Shown here: piece after piece, positions 1 to 10,619 of the stretch
Layout of the letters: each line of letters begins with the position of its first letter
Position numbering within the stretch: position 1 is the stretch's first letter
NCBI GenBank assembly: GCA_038087875.1
Contig: CM075980.1
Location: forward strand, 9,300,001 to 9,364,000
Length of the DNA stretch: 64,000 nucleotides
Reading direction: 5' to 3'
From: Malacoraja senta
Lineage: Eukaryota
Translations under genes and position numbers: made by a program
Notes under the pieces: model-generated
Databases searched by the model: none
What the model saw: the letters and a program-made list of their open reading frames with translations, nothing else
Told to the model about the DNA's origin: nothing

Positions 1-1481
1 GAATGAGCAAAATATATGATTCTTGATGATCTACATTGATATCCTACACCCAGTTCCAAGTCGAACATATCCATGCTTTGTCCCCATTTTCCTTTCCCCC
101 GCGAGGCTTCGTTTGCGTTTGATGGGCGACGGGTATTTTGGAAATACAGGTCGGCGTTTAGTGTTTCATCAACGCAGTATTCCTCAACCTCCATACGAGC
201 TTGGATATTTGGCCCAGCAAGCTCCTGCCATCACATCTTCGCGGCGCCACGTGGTTTATTTACACTCAGAAATGACAAGGAACAATAATCTTGCTGATAG
301 TCCCTCCCCACGAACCCCTATTCGCCAACGACACATCTTCCCTACTCTGGAACCATTGGTGCTGGCCAGCGGCAGATCCGTCGATGGTTCTTTCCTGGGA
401 TCCTGAAACTCATCCCGTTGTTCAATGGCTTTAATGTTCACATCAATGGTAGGCTCTTCTGCGTTCCGGCTGAATTTGGTGAGATTATGTTGGTTCTGGT
501 ACAGTGGAATTGCAATGCAGTTTGTGGAAGTAGGTTGGTCAGACCAGGCATGAAGGACAATTTACATGTTAAAATTGTTCCACTTCCAACGGTGTCAGAT
601 GGTGTAACCTGAATCCAATGAATTCCAAAGGTGTAACCTGAATCAAATAATCCACATTTTTAAATGACCTTTAAAATAAATAAATTTGAAATATATGTAT
701 AAAACTGCAACAGTTTCAGAAGGAAATGTCACTTCCTAATAAAAAAAAAAGAGCGCGGGTCTAAAATTTGGTCAACAGAGATGGCTTTTGAGGTCAGCTA
801 CAAGGAGGAGTACAAAGTAGTGAGATCAATATATGTTGGTGTGAACTTCCAGAGATTTGGGATTTGCCAGGTGAAGACTGATGCCAATAATACAAATAGT
901 TAAAGCCAGGGATGCTTTCAGGTCCACAATTTGAGACCTGCTGCTCTTTCCAGTTGATATATTCTTTGTGTCTGATCAGCTATTTATTAAAAATGTTCCT
1001 CCTATTGAGGTAGTTAGTCTGGTGAAATTGATAATGGGGTTTTCAATGAAATTAGGCGAGAATCAAAATATAGAACTACATCTTTAAAAGGTGCCTCGAC
1101 TGCAACCCACTGTGATATATATTCAATTGCATTGCTGTACTTTAGTAAATTTCACCAGTTGTTATATCCACCATGTACTGCATTTACAACTGATAAGTCT
1201 GCGTAACAACCTGGGGGCTCTCGTGAAAATTCTCATTTTTTCTGCAATTTGGTTGTCTTCCGGAAGAAAACCCAGAGGGAAATATCTCTCATTCCCGGTT
1301 AGACTTAATTTCACAGAAGAAATGGTAGTACAAGTCTCGCATAATATTACGTAAATAAATGATTGGAAAGTTTATGAAATTGCATTTATTTGAATGCATA
1401 TCATTCGTAAATAACAATATAATTGGGAACAATTCCTATGCTTATATGATCACAAGTGGATGGATCTCAGTTCACAACCGT

Positions 1482-1752
1482 TGGTTCTTGATTCTCCTAC
1501 TCTGGTAAAAGAGTAGAGAACGAAGGTTTAAGGTGAGAGGGGAATGATTTAATAGGAACCTAAGGGGCAACATTTTCGCACAGAGGTTGGTGAGTATATG
1601 GAACGAGCTGCCACAAGAGGTAGTTCAAACAGGTACTATAACAACATTAAAAAAAACATTTGGCCAGGTACATTGATAGGAAAGGTTTAGAGGGATACGG
1701 GCCAAACGCGGGCAGGTGGGACTCGTTGGGCCGAAGGGCTGTTTCCCTACTG
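1482..1752 (+). mobile_element. CR1-clade LINE 3' fragment with short inverted 5' piece (copies ~18352-18623, 35717-35988, 53854-54124)
   Basis: + strand reads like the CR1 ORF2 end (FKVRG..F.QR.VSIWNELP.EVV) and ends in GGGCCGAAGGGCTGTTTCC. The minus strand at 1482-1512 matches the adjacent LLPRVGESRT segment. Confidence 0.8.
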
Positions 1753-2499
1753 AATAACTCCAAGTGATAAATGCTGACAGCGGATCTGCAGAAATCATCC
1801 GGACCTGTACAAAAAGAAGCCCAGTTGGCAGAGGAATGCGGGGGCTGGTGAGCAGGAACACTTATCTCTGTATCGTAAAATAAAGTTGTCTGGCCGCTCA
1901 CAGTAACCCAAGATGTAGCTTCGAGTAAATTTTCACCCTGCATGATGTGGCGCTGCATTCGACGATCTTCTGTGGTACCTGCCGTTATCTTGCTCTTAGA
2001 TGCTGAATCAATCCAAAATAGTGACATCATCTGCAGCACCTTTGGGATATTTACAGTTCTTGTCATTTATGGGGAGGCAAATGCAAACTGCTTGTGTTAA
2101 AATACTGGTATTGCCCAAATGTTCGTCTCTGTGCCGTACAGTCTTGCAACAGTAGATGGCAGCATTGCATCGGTTATGAAATAATGTTAATTTATTGCGG
2201 AGATAGGACAAATTGTCAATTATCACTGTAGCAATATTACGATAATGTGCATGCCCATAAACCCATCTAATGTCTACTAATTTGGCGATTATGGGTGTGG
2301 ATGCGAATATACTAAGTGAGGAGCGGCTTTAACTTTTGACACATGACAGTAAAAAAGACGGAGGCAATAAACTTACTGAATGCTCAATTGCACTTGGAGA
2401 AACAAACACAAAATATTTTTCCGCGTAAGTGCAATTCATAGTGACATAGTCTTAAAAAAAGAGTTCGGACAAACAACATACAAGCAGCTCGCTCTGGAT

Positions 2500-3368
2500 A
2501 AAGGATGTAATAGGCTGGGTGAGTGGGGAAATGCATGGCAGATGCAATATAATGTGGATAAATGTGAGGTTATCCACTTTGGTGGCAAAAACATGAAAGT
2601 AGACTATCATCTAAATGGTGGCCGCTTAGGAAAAGGGGAGATGCAACCTGGGTGTCATGGTACACCAGTCATTGAAAGTAGGCATGCAGGTGCAGCAGGC
2701 AGTGAAGAAAGCGAATGGTATGTTAGCATTCATAGCAAAAGGAGTTGAGTATAGGAGCAGGGAGGTTCTAGTGCAGTTGTACAGGGTCTTGGTGAGACCA
2801 CACCTGGAGTATTGCGTACAGTTTTGGTCTCCAAATCTGAGGAAAGACATTCTTGCCATAGAGGGAGTACAGAGAAGGTTCACCAGACTGATTCCTGGGA
2901 TGTCAGGACTTTCATATGACGAAAGACTGGATAGACTCGGCTTGTACTCGCTAGAATTTAGAAGATTGAGGGGGGATCTTATAGAAACGTACAGAATTCT
3001 TAAGGGGTTGGACAGGCTAGATGCAGGAAGATTGTTCCCGATGTTGGGGAAGTCCAGGACAAGGGGTCACAGTTTAAGGATAAAGGGGAAATCCTTTAGG
3101 ACCGAGATGAGAAAAACATTTTTCACACAGAGAGTGGTGAATCTCTGGAACTCTCTGCCACAGAAGGTAGTTGAGGCCAGTTCATTGGCTATATTTAAGA
3201 GGGAGTTAGATGTGGCCCTTGTGGCTAAAGGGATCAGGGGGTATGGAGAGAAGGCAGGTACAGGATACTGAGTTGGATGATCAGCCATGATCATATTGAA
3301 TGGCGGTGCAGGCTCGAAGGGCAGAATGGCCTACTCCTGCACCTATTTTCTATGTTTCTATGTTTCTA
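2500..3368 (+). mobile_element. CR1 (HER1-like) LINE, 5'-truncated: RT C-terminus + 3'UTR
   Basis: ORFs 2380-2748 and 2657-3271 contain CR1 motifs WQMQYNVDKCEVIHFG, VRPHLEYCVQFWSP, FTQRVVNLWNSLP. Ends in a (TTTCTATG)n-type tail at ~3345-3368. Confidence 0.93.
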
Positions 3369-5499
3369 ATAGAAATCGACCGCGTGGGCAGAAGACACTG
3401 ATGCAGTCTCCGATTATAACGGTAGATGGTGGTGCAGTACCATACTTCTGTGCTGAAGCTCAACCCGCCAATTCTGAAATGGGTCAACCGCAATATTGTG
3501 TCTCTGAGCTCACGTATAGGCCAGACCAGCAATAATTGGACTATTTTCCCCTTCAAGGATATATTTGGGATCCAGTTGATTTGTAATAATCAATCATACA
3601 CCGTGATGTTTCTTTTGAAAGATTCCACACACTTAACAGAATTTAGATTCCACACGTTCTCTTTTAAAATAGGTCTGGATATATGGTCAATGCCTGTGCG
3701 TTCGTAATGTTGTGATTTCGGTTCGATAACATTGCTTATCTGCACTTCCTTCACCTTTGCAGGGAGCGATTTTGCGGAATCTTTCACTGCATAAAAATAT
3801 TCTCCTTTCACAGTTTTCTGATTCTGCTACGGTCTAACCAACTGACAGCTAACCTCTCCGCTTACTCAATACTATGTTCTTTGCAACCCAACATATATCA
3901 CAGGTTTTGCTCACTACTCTCGCGATGTATCTTTCTACCTTGCCAGATGCGTGCTCATGAACCTAAAGTTCCTCTGTTCCTGCGCACTATGAACTACATT
4001 GCCCCCTCCCCGCCTTCCATACACGAGGCAAAATGTCCTAGCTCATACTTCTCTGTGAGAGATTTCATCCATCACTCATCTCCTCGTTCTCCTGTCATAT
4101 TTAAGTTTAAAGTGCACGCTGAGTACTCCTTTCTCTCTCCTGCGTGTAAGCCTCTATTCTATCACGATTGTCGATGTGAATATATTGCTGTCGGTAGAGA
4201 ACTCAACTAGATATGGGGATAGAGGAGAATGAAATAATTGGCCAAAATGTTCGTGCATTTTGAATGTGAATAATAAGAATGTTACCTTATATATCTCCGG
4301 GAGAGCCTTTAATTTTTTCCCGACAAACATGAAGACAGTTGCAAACAGCATTTTGTACATTTGATTGGGTTTGCTTTATCTATGACTTGCCCAAAATCGA
4401 AGCTCTAGACCATGCAGAGTGGTTGCTTTGAATTTATTGTTGCTATTCTCCATTACATGGTTTATTGTATTTGATGGACCTGTTCGGCAGATTCTGAGTA
4501 ATTGTGGGGCTGGAGACACATACAATTTAGACTTTTCCTTCTTAAAGTAACTGAAATTACTTTTAATTACAACCCAATAGCGTCATGCTCGCGTTACCAA
4601 TTCCAGCTTTTAATTTCAGATTTACTTTAACTCTGATATCAGCGCCAAATCACAGAATTATATTGAATTCAGTTATCTCCAATTGAGCTGAATATCAAAA
4701 AGACTACAGGTAAGATACGTGATTCATTAATGCAAAGAATATTAATGTTTGTTTTGCGTCTTATTCTGTCACGAACGGACAATAATGGTGTTCCACGTTG
4801 GACTGGGGAGAATAACACGAAATATACATGAATATGATTCTCCACTTCCATTAGTGACATTACTTCAGACCCCCATGAGCTGCATTTGCCATCTACATCC
4901 TCCATTCAGATGTCCGCACTCACCAAGCTTATTTCTTCAGATCTGGCCTGGCAGCTGTCTCCAGCTCTCTGCAAGGAGACCCTGAAAGCGGGCTCGGACT
5001 GGGGTGAGCAGGTCTGAGAGAGCCGCGGCAACGGACTTGCCCTTGAACCAGGCATGATACATCCATCCCGAGGTTTCCATGTCCTCTAGAGATGCTGCAC
5101 GACCCGCTGAGTTTATCTAGCACATTGTGTTTTTTTTAAATCAGCAGCTGAAGTTCTCAGTACCCCCCAAGGTTTCCATCTATAAATTTGCCAAGGTGTT
5201 TGGTTCTGAATATCAATGAAAGTCATAAAGATTTAAAAAAACGACGGCATGAGATGAACGCTATTCTCTTAAAAGAAACAAACAGAAAATCAAATTACAT
5301 CTCATTTAACACTGAGAACTCTTGCTTGCAGAAACATCGCAGGCACGTGGACTGAGACAGAAAAAAAACATAGGAACAAATTATACATCAATTATACATA
5401 CAAATCTGAAAGAAACAAACAAGATTGCGTCCAAAAACACAATTAAAAAAAACATGTCGATAGGAAGGAATGTGGAAGGAATGGGGCATGGTGACCCTT

Positions 5500-6090
5500 T
5501 GTGGAGGCAAGATTAGGGTTATGTAGGTCGTTCCAAAAACTGGATATTTGTAGGCAAGTAACTGTTCTTGAACCGGGTGGTGTACTTGCTGTAGTAGATC
5601 TGTAAAAGTTTGTTGGAGTATTTGGAGACATAAAGTATTTCTTTAAAATTCTTTGAAAGTAGAAGCATTGGCGCTCCTTCGTGGATGCATTTGTTTGCTG
5701 GGCCCGAGACGACATCCACGATGTTAATGCCGTGAATTTAAAGCTAATAACTCTCTCCACCACTGCTCCACCAAAAACAAACTGGCCTGAGGTCCCCGGA
5801 CTTCCTCTTTCTGAAGTCAGCGACCACTTCGGTCTTGTTGCTTTGGAGCGAAAGGTTGTTGTTCTGACACCACTCAACCAAGTGTTCCATCTCTCTTCAT
5901 GTTGACGCAGCACCATCAGTGATTCGTCCAAACAGAATGGTGTTGGGGGTGGATAAATAGATGACTTTGGAGCTGTGGGTGTAAAGGAAGTAGCCATGGG
6001 TGTAAAGGAAGTAGAACAGGGTGCAAAGCACGCAGCCTTGAGATGCACTGTGTTGATGATCAATGGGGAGGAGATGATGTTCCCCATCCG
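5500..6090 (-). mobile_element. Decayed Rex1/Babar-type LINE RT C-terminal remnant (copies ~22350-22950, 41970-42560, 57830-58420)
   Basis: Minus-strand peptides such as TTRFKNSYLPT resemble the C-terminus of the near-intact element at 36926-39665 (TTRFRNSYFPT). Multiple frameshifts. Confidence 0.7.
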
Positions 6091-6747
6091 CACTCGGTCA
6101 CGAAGCTAATTCACCAAACAGTAAAATGGTGACTAAGCTGATTGTAACCTCTGATGTGCGGTCCCATCCACCTCTGTAACATATCACTACCCACCTTGTT
6201 TATTAGGAATATTTCTACCTTTGAAAAATAATAAAGACTGCTTCTAGCACATTTTCAGAAACGTAATTGATGAGGCTTTCTCCATTCTGATAAATATGTT
6301 TGTTTCTTCACTTTTGAAGTAGGCATTTATTTTTGTGTAACCGGTGACGTTTAGTTTTAGATTACCCCAGACGAATTGTCCTCGCCCTTCACATGCTGTT
6401 AAGACCCCGCATGATCACCTGTGCTTCAATTAAAGCACCTCTCACGCTTCTAACCGTCGAGCAATTCCTCATAAAACAACTCATTCGTTGCAGATATGGG
6501 TCCACTAGTAATCATTTTCTGAATTGCTTCAACCGCATTTACATTTCAATACTCTGCTCGATTCTGCGATAAAGTTTAAGTGAAGCACTATCAACCTCTC
6601 TCTTTTGCATTCGTTTTTTCTGGCGTAAGATGCTAACACTGTTACCTTTCATAGGTAGTTGTTGTACCTCATTCCAGCCTGTTGCGAATCCTACCAGGGA
6701 ACCGACATAATTCTGCATCTCAAAACACTGCAAACTGTGATAATGTA

Positions 6748-6838
6748 AATAAGAAGGGCCTCGACCCGAAACGTCACCTATTCCTTCTCTCCAGAGATGC
6801 TGCCTGTCCCGCTGAGTTACTCCAGTCTTTTGTGTCTA
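6748..6838 (+). mobile_element. Penelope-like element terminal-repeat fragment (copies ~23597, 43197, 59073)
   Basis: AGAAGGGCCTCGACCCGAAACGTCACC...CAGAGATGCTGCCTGTCCCGCTGAGTTACTCCAG resembles, from recall, an abundant elasmobranch Penelope-like terminal repeat with a hammerhead-like core. Not database-checked. Confidence 0.65.
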
Positions 6839-7154
6839 TATTGTAAAGAACATTATTTTATATCATTTACCCTTCCAAAATTGACATTTCACATGTTCCC
6901 ACATCGTGCATTTACCAGGCATTTGCCCATTCACTGGAACTATCCACGTGCACGGCGGCCTTGTTTGGTTCTTCATGTCATTAGCAAATTCAACAGCCAG
7001 ACATTTTTCAGCCGTGTGTATACATTTTTGGAAATTGTGGCTCCAGCACTGATCTATGAGGCACATAAGTTTTTGCATCTTTCCAACCAGAAATTAGCCT
7101 GTTTATGCGTTTTCTATATTTCCAACTGATCGCCCAATGTTCTGTTCTTCCGAT

Positions 7155-8245
7155 GACCATAAACATCAGGACTCTTAGGAAATAGGAGCAGAATAAGGCC
7201 ATTCGGTCCTTCGAGCAGCACCTCCGTTCAATATGATCATGGCTGATCATCCAAAATCAGTACCCCGTACCTGCTTTCTCCCACATCTCATGATTCCGTC
7301 AGCCCTAAAAGCTATATCTAACTCTCTCTTGAACATATCCAGTGAATTGGCCTCCACTGCCTTCAGTGGCAGAGAATACAACAGATGCACAACTCGCTGG
7401 GTAAAAATGTGTTTCCGCATCTCAGTCCTAAATGCCCTACCCCTTATTTTTAAACGGCGACCCCTGGTTCTTGACTCCCCTAACATCGGGCATATATTAC
7501 CTGCATCTAACGCATCCAATCCCTTAAGAATGTTATATCTTTCTATAAGAACCCCTCTCAGCCAACCGAATTCCAGTGCATATAAGCCCAGTCAATCATT
7601 TGTCAGTTCCACCATACCGGGAATTAATCTGGTGAACCTACGTTGCACTCCCTCAATAGCAAGAATGTCCTTCTTCAAATTAGGCAACTAAAACGGCACA
7701 CATTTTTCCAGGTGTGGTTTCGCCAGGGCCCTGCAGTAGGTCCACCTTTCTCCAATACTCAAATCCTCTCGCTATGAAGGCCAACATGTAATTTGCTTTC
7801 TTCACTGCCTGCTGTACCTGCATGCTTTCTTTCAGTGACTGATGTTCAAGAACACCCAGGTCTCGTTGCATCTCCCCTTTCCCTAATCTGACACCATTGA
7901 GATAATAATCTGACCTTGTTTTTGCCACCAAAGTGGATAACCTCATATTTATCCACACAATACTGCATATGCCATGCATCTGCCCACTCACCCATCTTGT
8001 CCGTCACCCTGCAGCCTCATAGCATCTTCCTCGCAGCTCACACTGCCACCCAGCTTTGTGTGATCCGCAAACTTGGAGATGTTACATTTAATTCCTTCAT
8101 CATCGTCAATATATATTGTAAATAACCGAGGTCCCATCACTGAGTCTTGTGGCACTCCACTAGTCACTGCTTGCCATTCTGAAAAGAACCCACTAATTCC
8201 TAATCTTTCCTTCCTGTCTGCCATACAGTTCTCCATCCGTCAATA
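7155..8245 (-). mobile_element. CR1 LINE 3' ~1.1 kb, degraded
   Basis: Minus-strand ORFs carry KFADHTKLGGSV (YADD-region equivalent), QVQQAVKKAN and FTQRVV motifs, followed by a CR1 3'UTR. Confidence 0.9.
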
Positions 8246-8387
8246 CCCTACCCGCAATATTACCGTATTATTTACCATATCAACCTTTGATTCATCTCCT
8301 TAACAAATGCCTGCTCGAAATTATATCTGCCTGGCATAGTACTTCTTCAAAGCCTTCCGTTAAGTTGGCGAAACATCGTTCATGAAT

Positions 8388-9095
8388 TCATAGATTGTAG
8401 GAGGGGAATTAGGCTATTCGGCCCATCAATTCTACCCCACCATTCTATCACGCTTGATTTATCTTTTCTTCTCAACCCCATTCTCCTGACTTCTTCTCAT
8501 AACCCTTAACATAGTTACTAATCAACAACCACTCAATCTCCACCTTAAAAATATCAATTGACTTGGCTTCCACAGCCTTCTGTGGCAATGAATTCCACAG
8601 ATTTACCACCCTCTCACTAAAGGATTTCCTCCTCATCTCCTTTTTAAATGGACGTGCTTTTATTCTGAGGCTTTCACCTCTGGTCCTAGACTCCCCCGCT
8701 CGGCGAAACATCCACTCCACATCCACTCTATCCAGGCCTTCACAATTCGGTTAATTTCAATGAGGTCTCTCCCCTCTCATCTTCATAAACTATATAGCGA
8801 GCACGGATCCAGTGCCGTCAAACGCTCATCACACGTTAACCCAATTATGCCTGGGATCACCCTCGTAAACCTCCTCTGGACCCTCTCCAATGCCAGCTCA
8901 TCCTTCCTCAGATTGGAGCCCAAAACTGCTCACAACACTCCAAATGCGGTCTGACCAGTGCCTTATAAAGGCTCAGCATTACATCCCTGTTTTTGTATTT
9001 TGTTTTTGTGTTCTGGCCCTCTCGAAAGAAATGCTTTTCTTGCTGCCGACTTGTAAATTAACTTTTGGGAAATCCTGCACTGGCACTCCTGAGCC
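8388..9095 (-). mobile_element. Second CR1 subfamily 3' fragment, degraded
   Basis: Minus ORF 8472-8726 (GESRTRG..L.IK..F..EMRR..FSERVVNLWNSLPQKAV) plus an upstream RPHLEYCVQFW-equivalent region. Confidence 0.85.
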
Positions 9096-9730
9096 CCTTT
9101 GCTCTCTCTTTATCAACAACATTTTAACTTTTGCGAGATAATCTGGATCATTTTGTCAGTACCCTTTATATCGTTTTGGTAACAGCTTCCAATATTTCTC
9201 CAGGACAGATGTGCAACCAACTGGCCTGCGGTGGACGACTTTCTGTCTCTCTTCCTTTCTGAACGTCCATGGTAGTGTTGAAATAAAAAAAATCAAACCA
9301 ATGAATTCAGTACTGCAAGGGAATTAATTAAGACTCTAGAATGAAATACAATACATCTCAACGCCCTGTCAGCCCGATGAAAAATTACCATTTAAATAAT
9401 CTGCCATTTCCATATTCCCCTTTAATTATACGACTGCGAATTATTTGTAGGAAAAGGACAAATGTATTATTTTATACTTATTTTGGGAGCTTAAGGGGAT
9501 TATTGCAAAGTCTGTACAGTCCCATCATTCAACACAGCTGACCCCTTTTACTCAGTAAATAAGAGCCTGCTCTCACACAACAGTTCCCGTCTGAGTCTCA
9601 GAGCTTCTCTCCCCCTCCCCCCGCCGCCGTTGAGATCACCGTTGTCTGCTATTCTCCTCCCACTTAAAAGAATATGAATATTTCTTTCTCCCAAAGGGCT
9701 GGAGCTGCAGAAATCTCATTTTACACCGAG

Positions 9731-9820
9731 CCAATAATTCAGTGAATCGATGTGACGTGGATAAAGATTTGGCATGAATAATTAATAATTAGTGACGTTG
9801 GGATGCTGAAGACTTTAAAA
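9731..9820 (+). promoter_or_regulatory. IgL cluster 1 promoter: CCAAT (9731), TGACGT CRE half-sites (9753, 9793), octamer-like ATTTGGCAT (9767-9775), TATA-like TTTAAAA (9814)
   Basis: Motifs read directly, 65-155 bp upstream of the leader ATG. The same arrangement occurs in all four units. Function is inferred. Confidence 0.7.
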
Positions 9821-9884
9821 GAGAAGCGTCGAAAGGGCTCAAAACCTCGCTTGTGTAGCAAAATATTCCTTTATCACCTTCGAC

Positions 9885-9930
9885 ATGGCTGCATGGGTTT
9901 GGGTTCTCGCCTTGGTGACCTGTTTCCACT
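9885..9930 (+). CDS. IGL: Ig lambda light chain cluster 1, leader exon (MAAWVWVLALVTCFH + 1 nt)
   Basis: ATG in GACATGG context, hydrophobic signal peptide, GTGAGT donor at 9931, 94-nt phase-1 intron in frame with the V exon. Confidence 0.93.
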
Positions 9931-10024
9931 GTGAGTAGAGCGCAGAATGATTAATGTTGTATCGTTTTACAATCTGCTGTGTTTTTTCTAATGGTTCTGT
10001 ATATTTATCTGTTTTTTCTATCAG

Positions 10025-10372
10025 GTATATACGCGGAGACTACCTTGACTCAGGTCCCGGCTATATCAACCTCGCCGGGAAAAACCGTCAAAATCACCTG
10101 TACCCTGTCAGGGGGCAGGATCGGTAGCTACTACACGAGCTGGTACTGGCAGAAGCCGGACAGCAGCCCTGTGTTCGTGTGGTATGAAGGCTCCACCAGA
10201 GGCACCGGAATTCCAGACAGATTCACGGGTTCCGTGGACTCATCCATTAACCAAATGCATTTAACCATCACCAACGTGCAATCGGAGGACGCTGCCGATT
10301 ATTACTGTGGTGCGTGTCACAGCAGTAACTACAAATTCACCTTTGGGAGAGGAACCAAACTGAATCTAAGCA
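10025..10372 (+). CDS. IGLV: Ig lambda (type II/NS3-like) germline-joined VJ exon, cluster 1 (CDR3 GACHSSNYKFT)
   Basis: CAG acceptor at 10022-10024. Ig V motifs ITC, WYWQKP, DYYC continue in frame into FGRGTKLNLS with no RSS between V and J. GTAAGT donor at 10373. Confidence 0.97.
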
Positions 10373-10467
10373 GTAAGTAAAATATTCACGTTTTGATACA
10401 ACGAATCGTTGAACTTAGGTTTTGCTTTCCCTCATAAATCCTCGGTAGAAAGATCATCTTAAACCTA

Positions 10468-10619
10468 AGTAGAACACAACGGGTCAGCTAGCATCTCAGG
10501 TAGACGTATGGATGGGCAATATTTCGTGTCGGAACAAAGTCTCTTTGGGAGACTGTACCGAAAGGAAAATCGTCGTTCTATGTCCTCCAGAGATGCTGTC
10601 GGATCCGCTGTGCTGTACT
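10468..10619. repeat. Imperfect ~75-bp-arm inverted repeat (two Penelope-like termini head to head) in J-C intron; copies 27300-27451, ~48590-48750, 62792-62943
   Basis: Centre AGTCTC-TTTGG-GAGACT (10538-10554). Outer arms match 23/30 (GAGATGCTAGCTGACCCGTTGTGTTCTACT vs GAGATGCTGTCGGATCCGCTGTGCTGTACT). Confidence 0.75.

Noticed and set aside
23-612. ORFs of 60-175 aa recurring at the start of each unit (23, 16897, 34310, 52889) as a host gene
   Set aside because: No recognisable domain, lengths and frames differ among copies, and no splice structure was found. Recurrence is explained by the segmental duplication. A BLASTX/RNA-seq check would be decisive.
601-644. 15-bp direct repeat GGTGTAACCTGAATC (period 29), and 18-bp repeat TGGGTGTAAAGGAAGTAG at 5976-6014
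   Set aside because: Only two copies each, in or near decayed repeats. These are ordinary local duplications, not a CRISPR-like or regulatory array.
10303-10309. TACTGTG embedded heptamer at Tyr-Cys-Gly, as used in VH replacement
   Set aside because: Dictated by YYC codons, with no nonamer at either spacing and no unjoined donor V in the window.
9979-10380. ORF-track V proteins starting MFFLMVLYIYLFFLSG and ending SSK (also 26811, 48108, 62303)
   Set aside because: The N-terminal part is translated leader-intron polypyrimidine tract and the terminal SK* is the splice donor. The real product is leader + VJ + C spliced.
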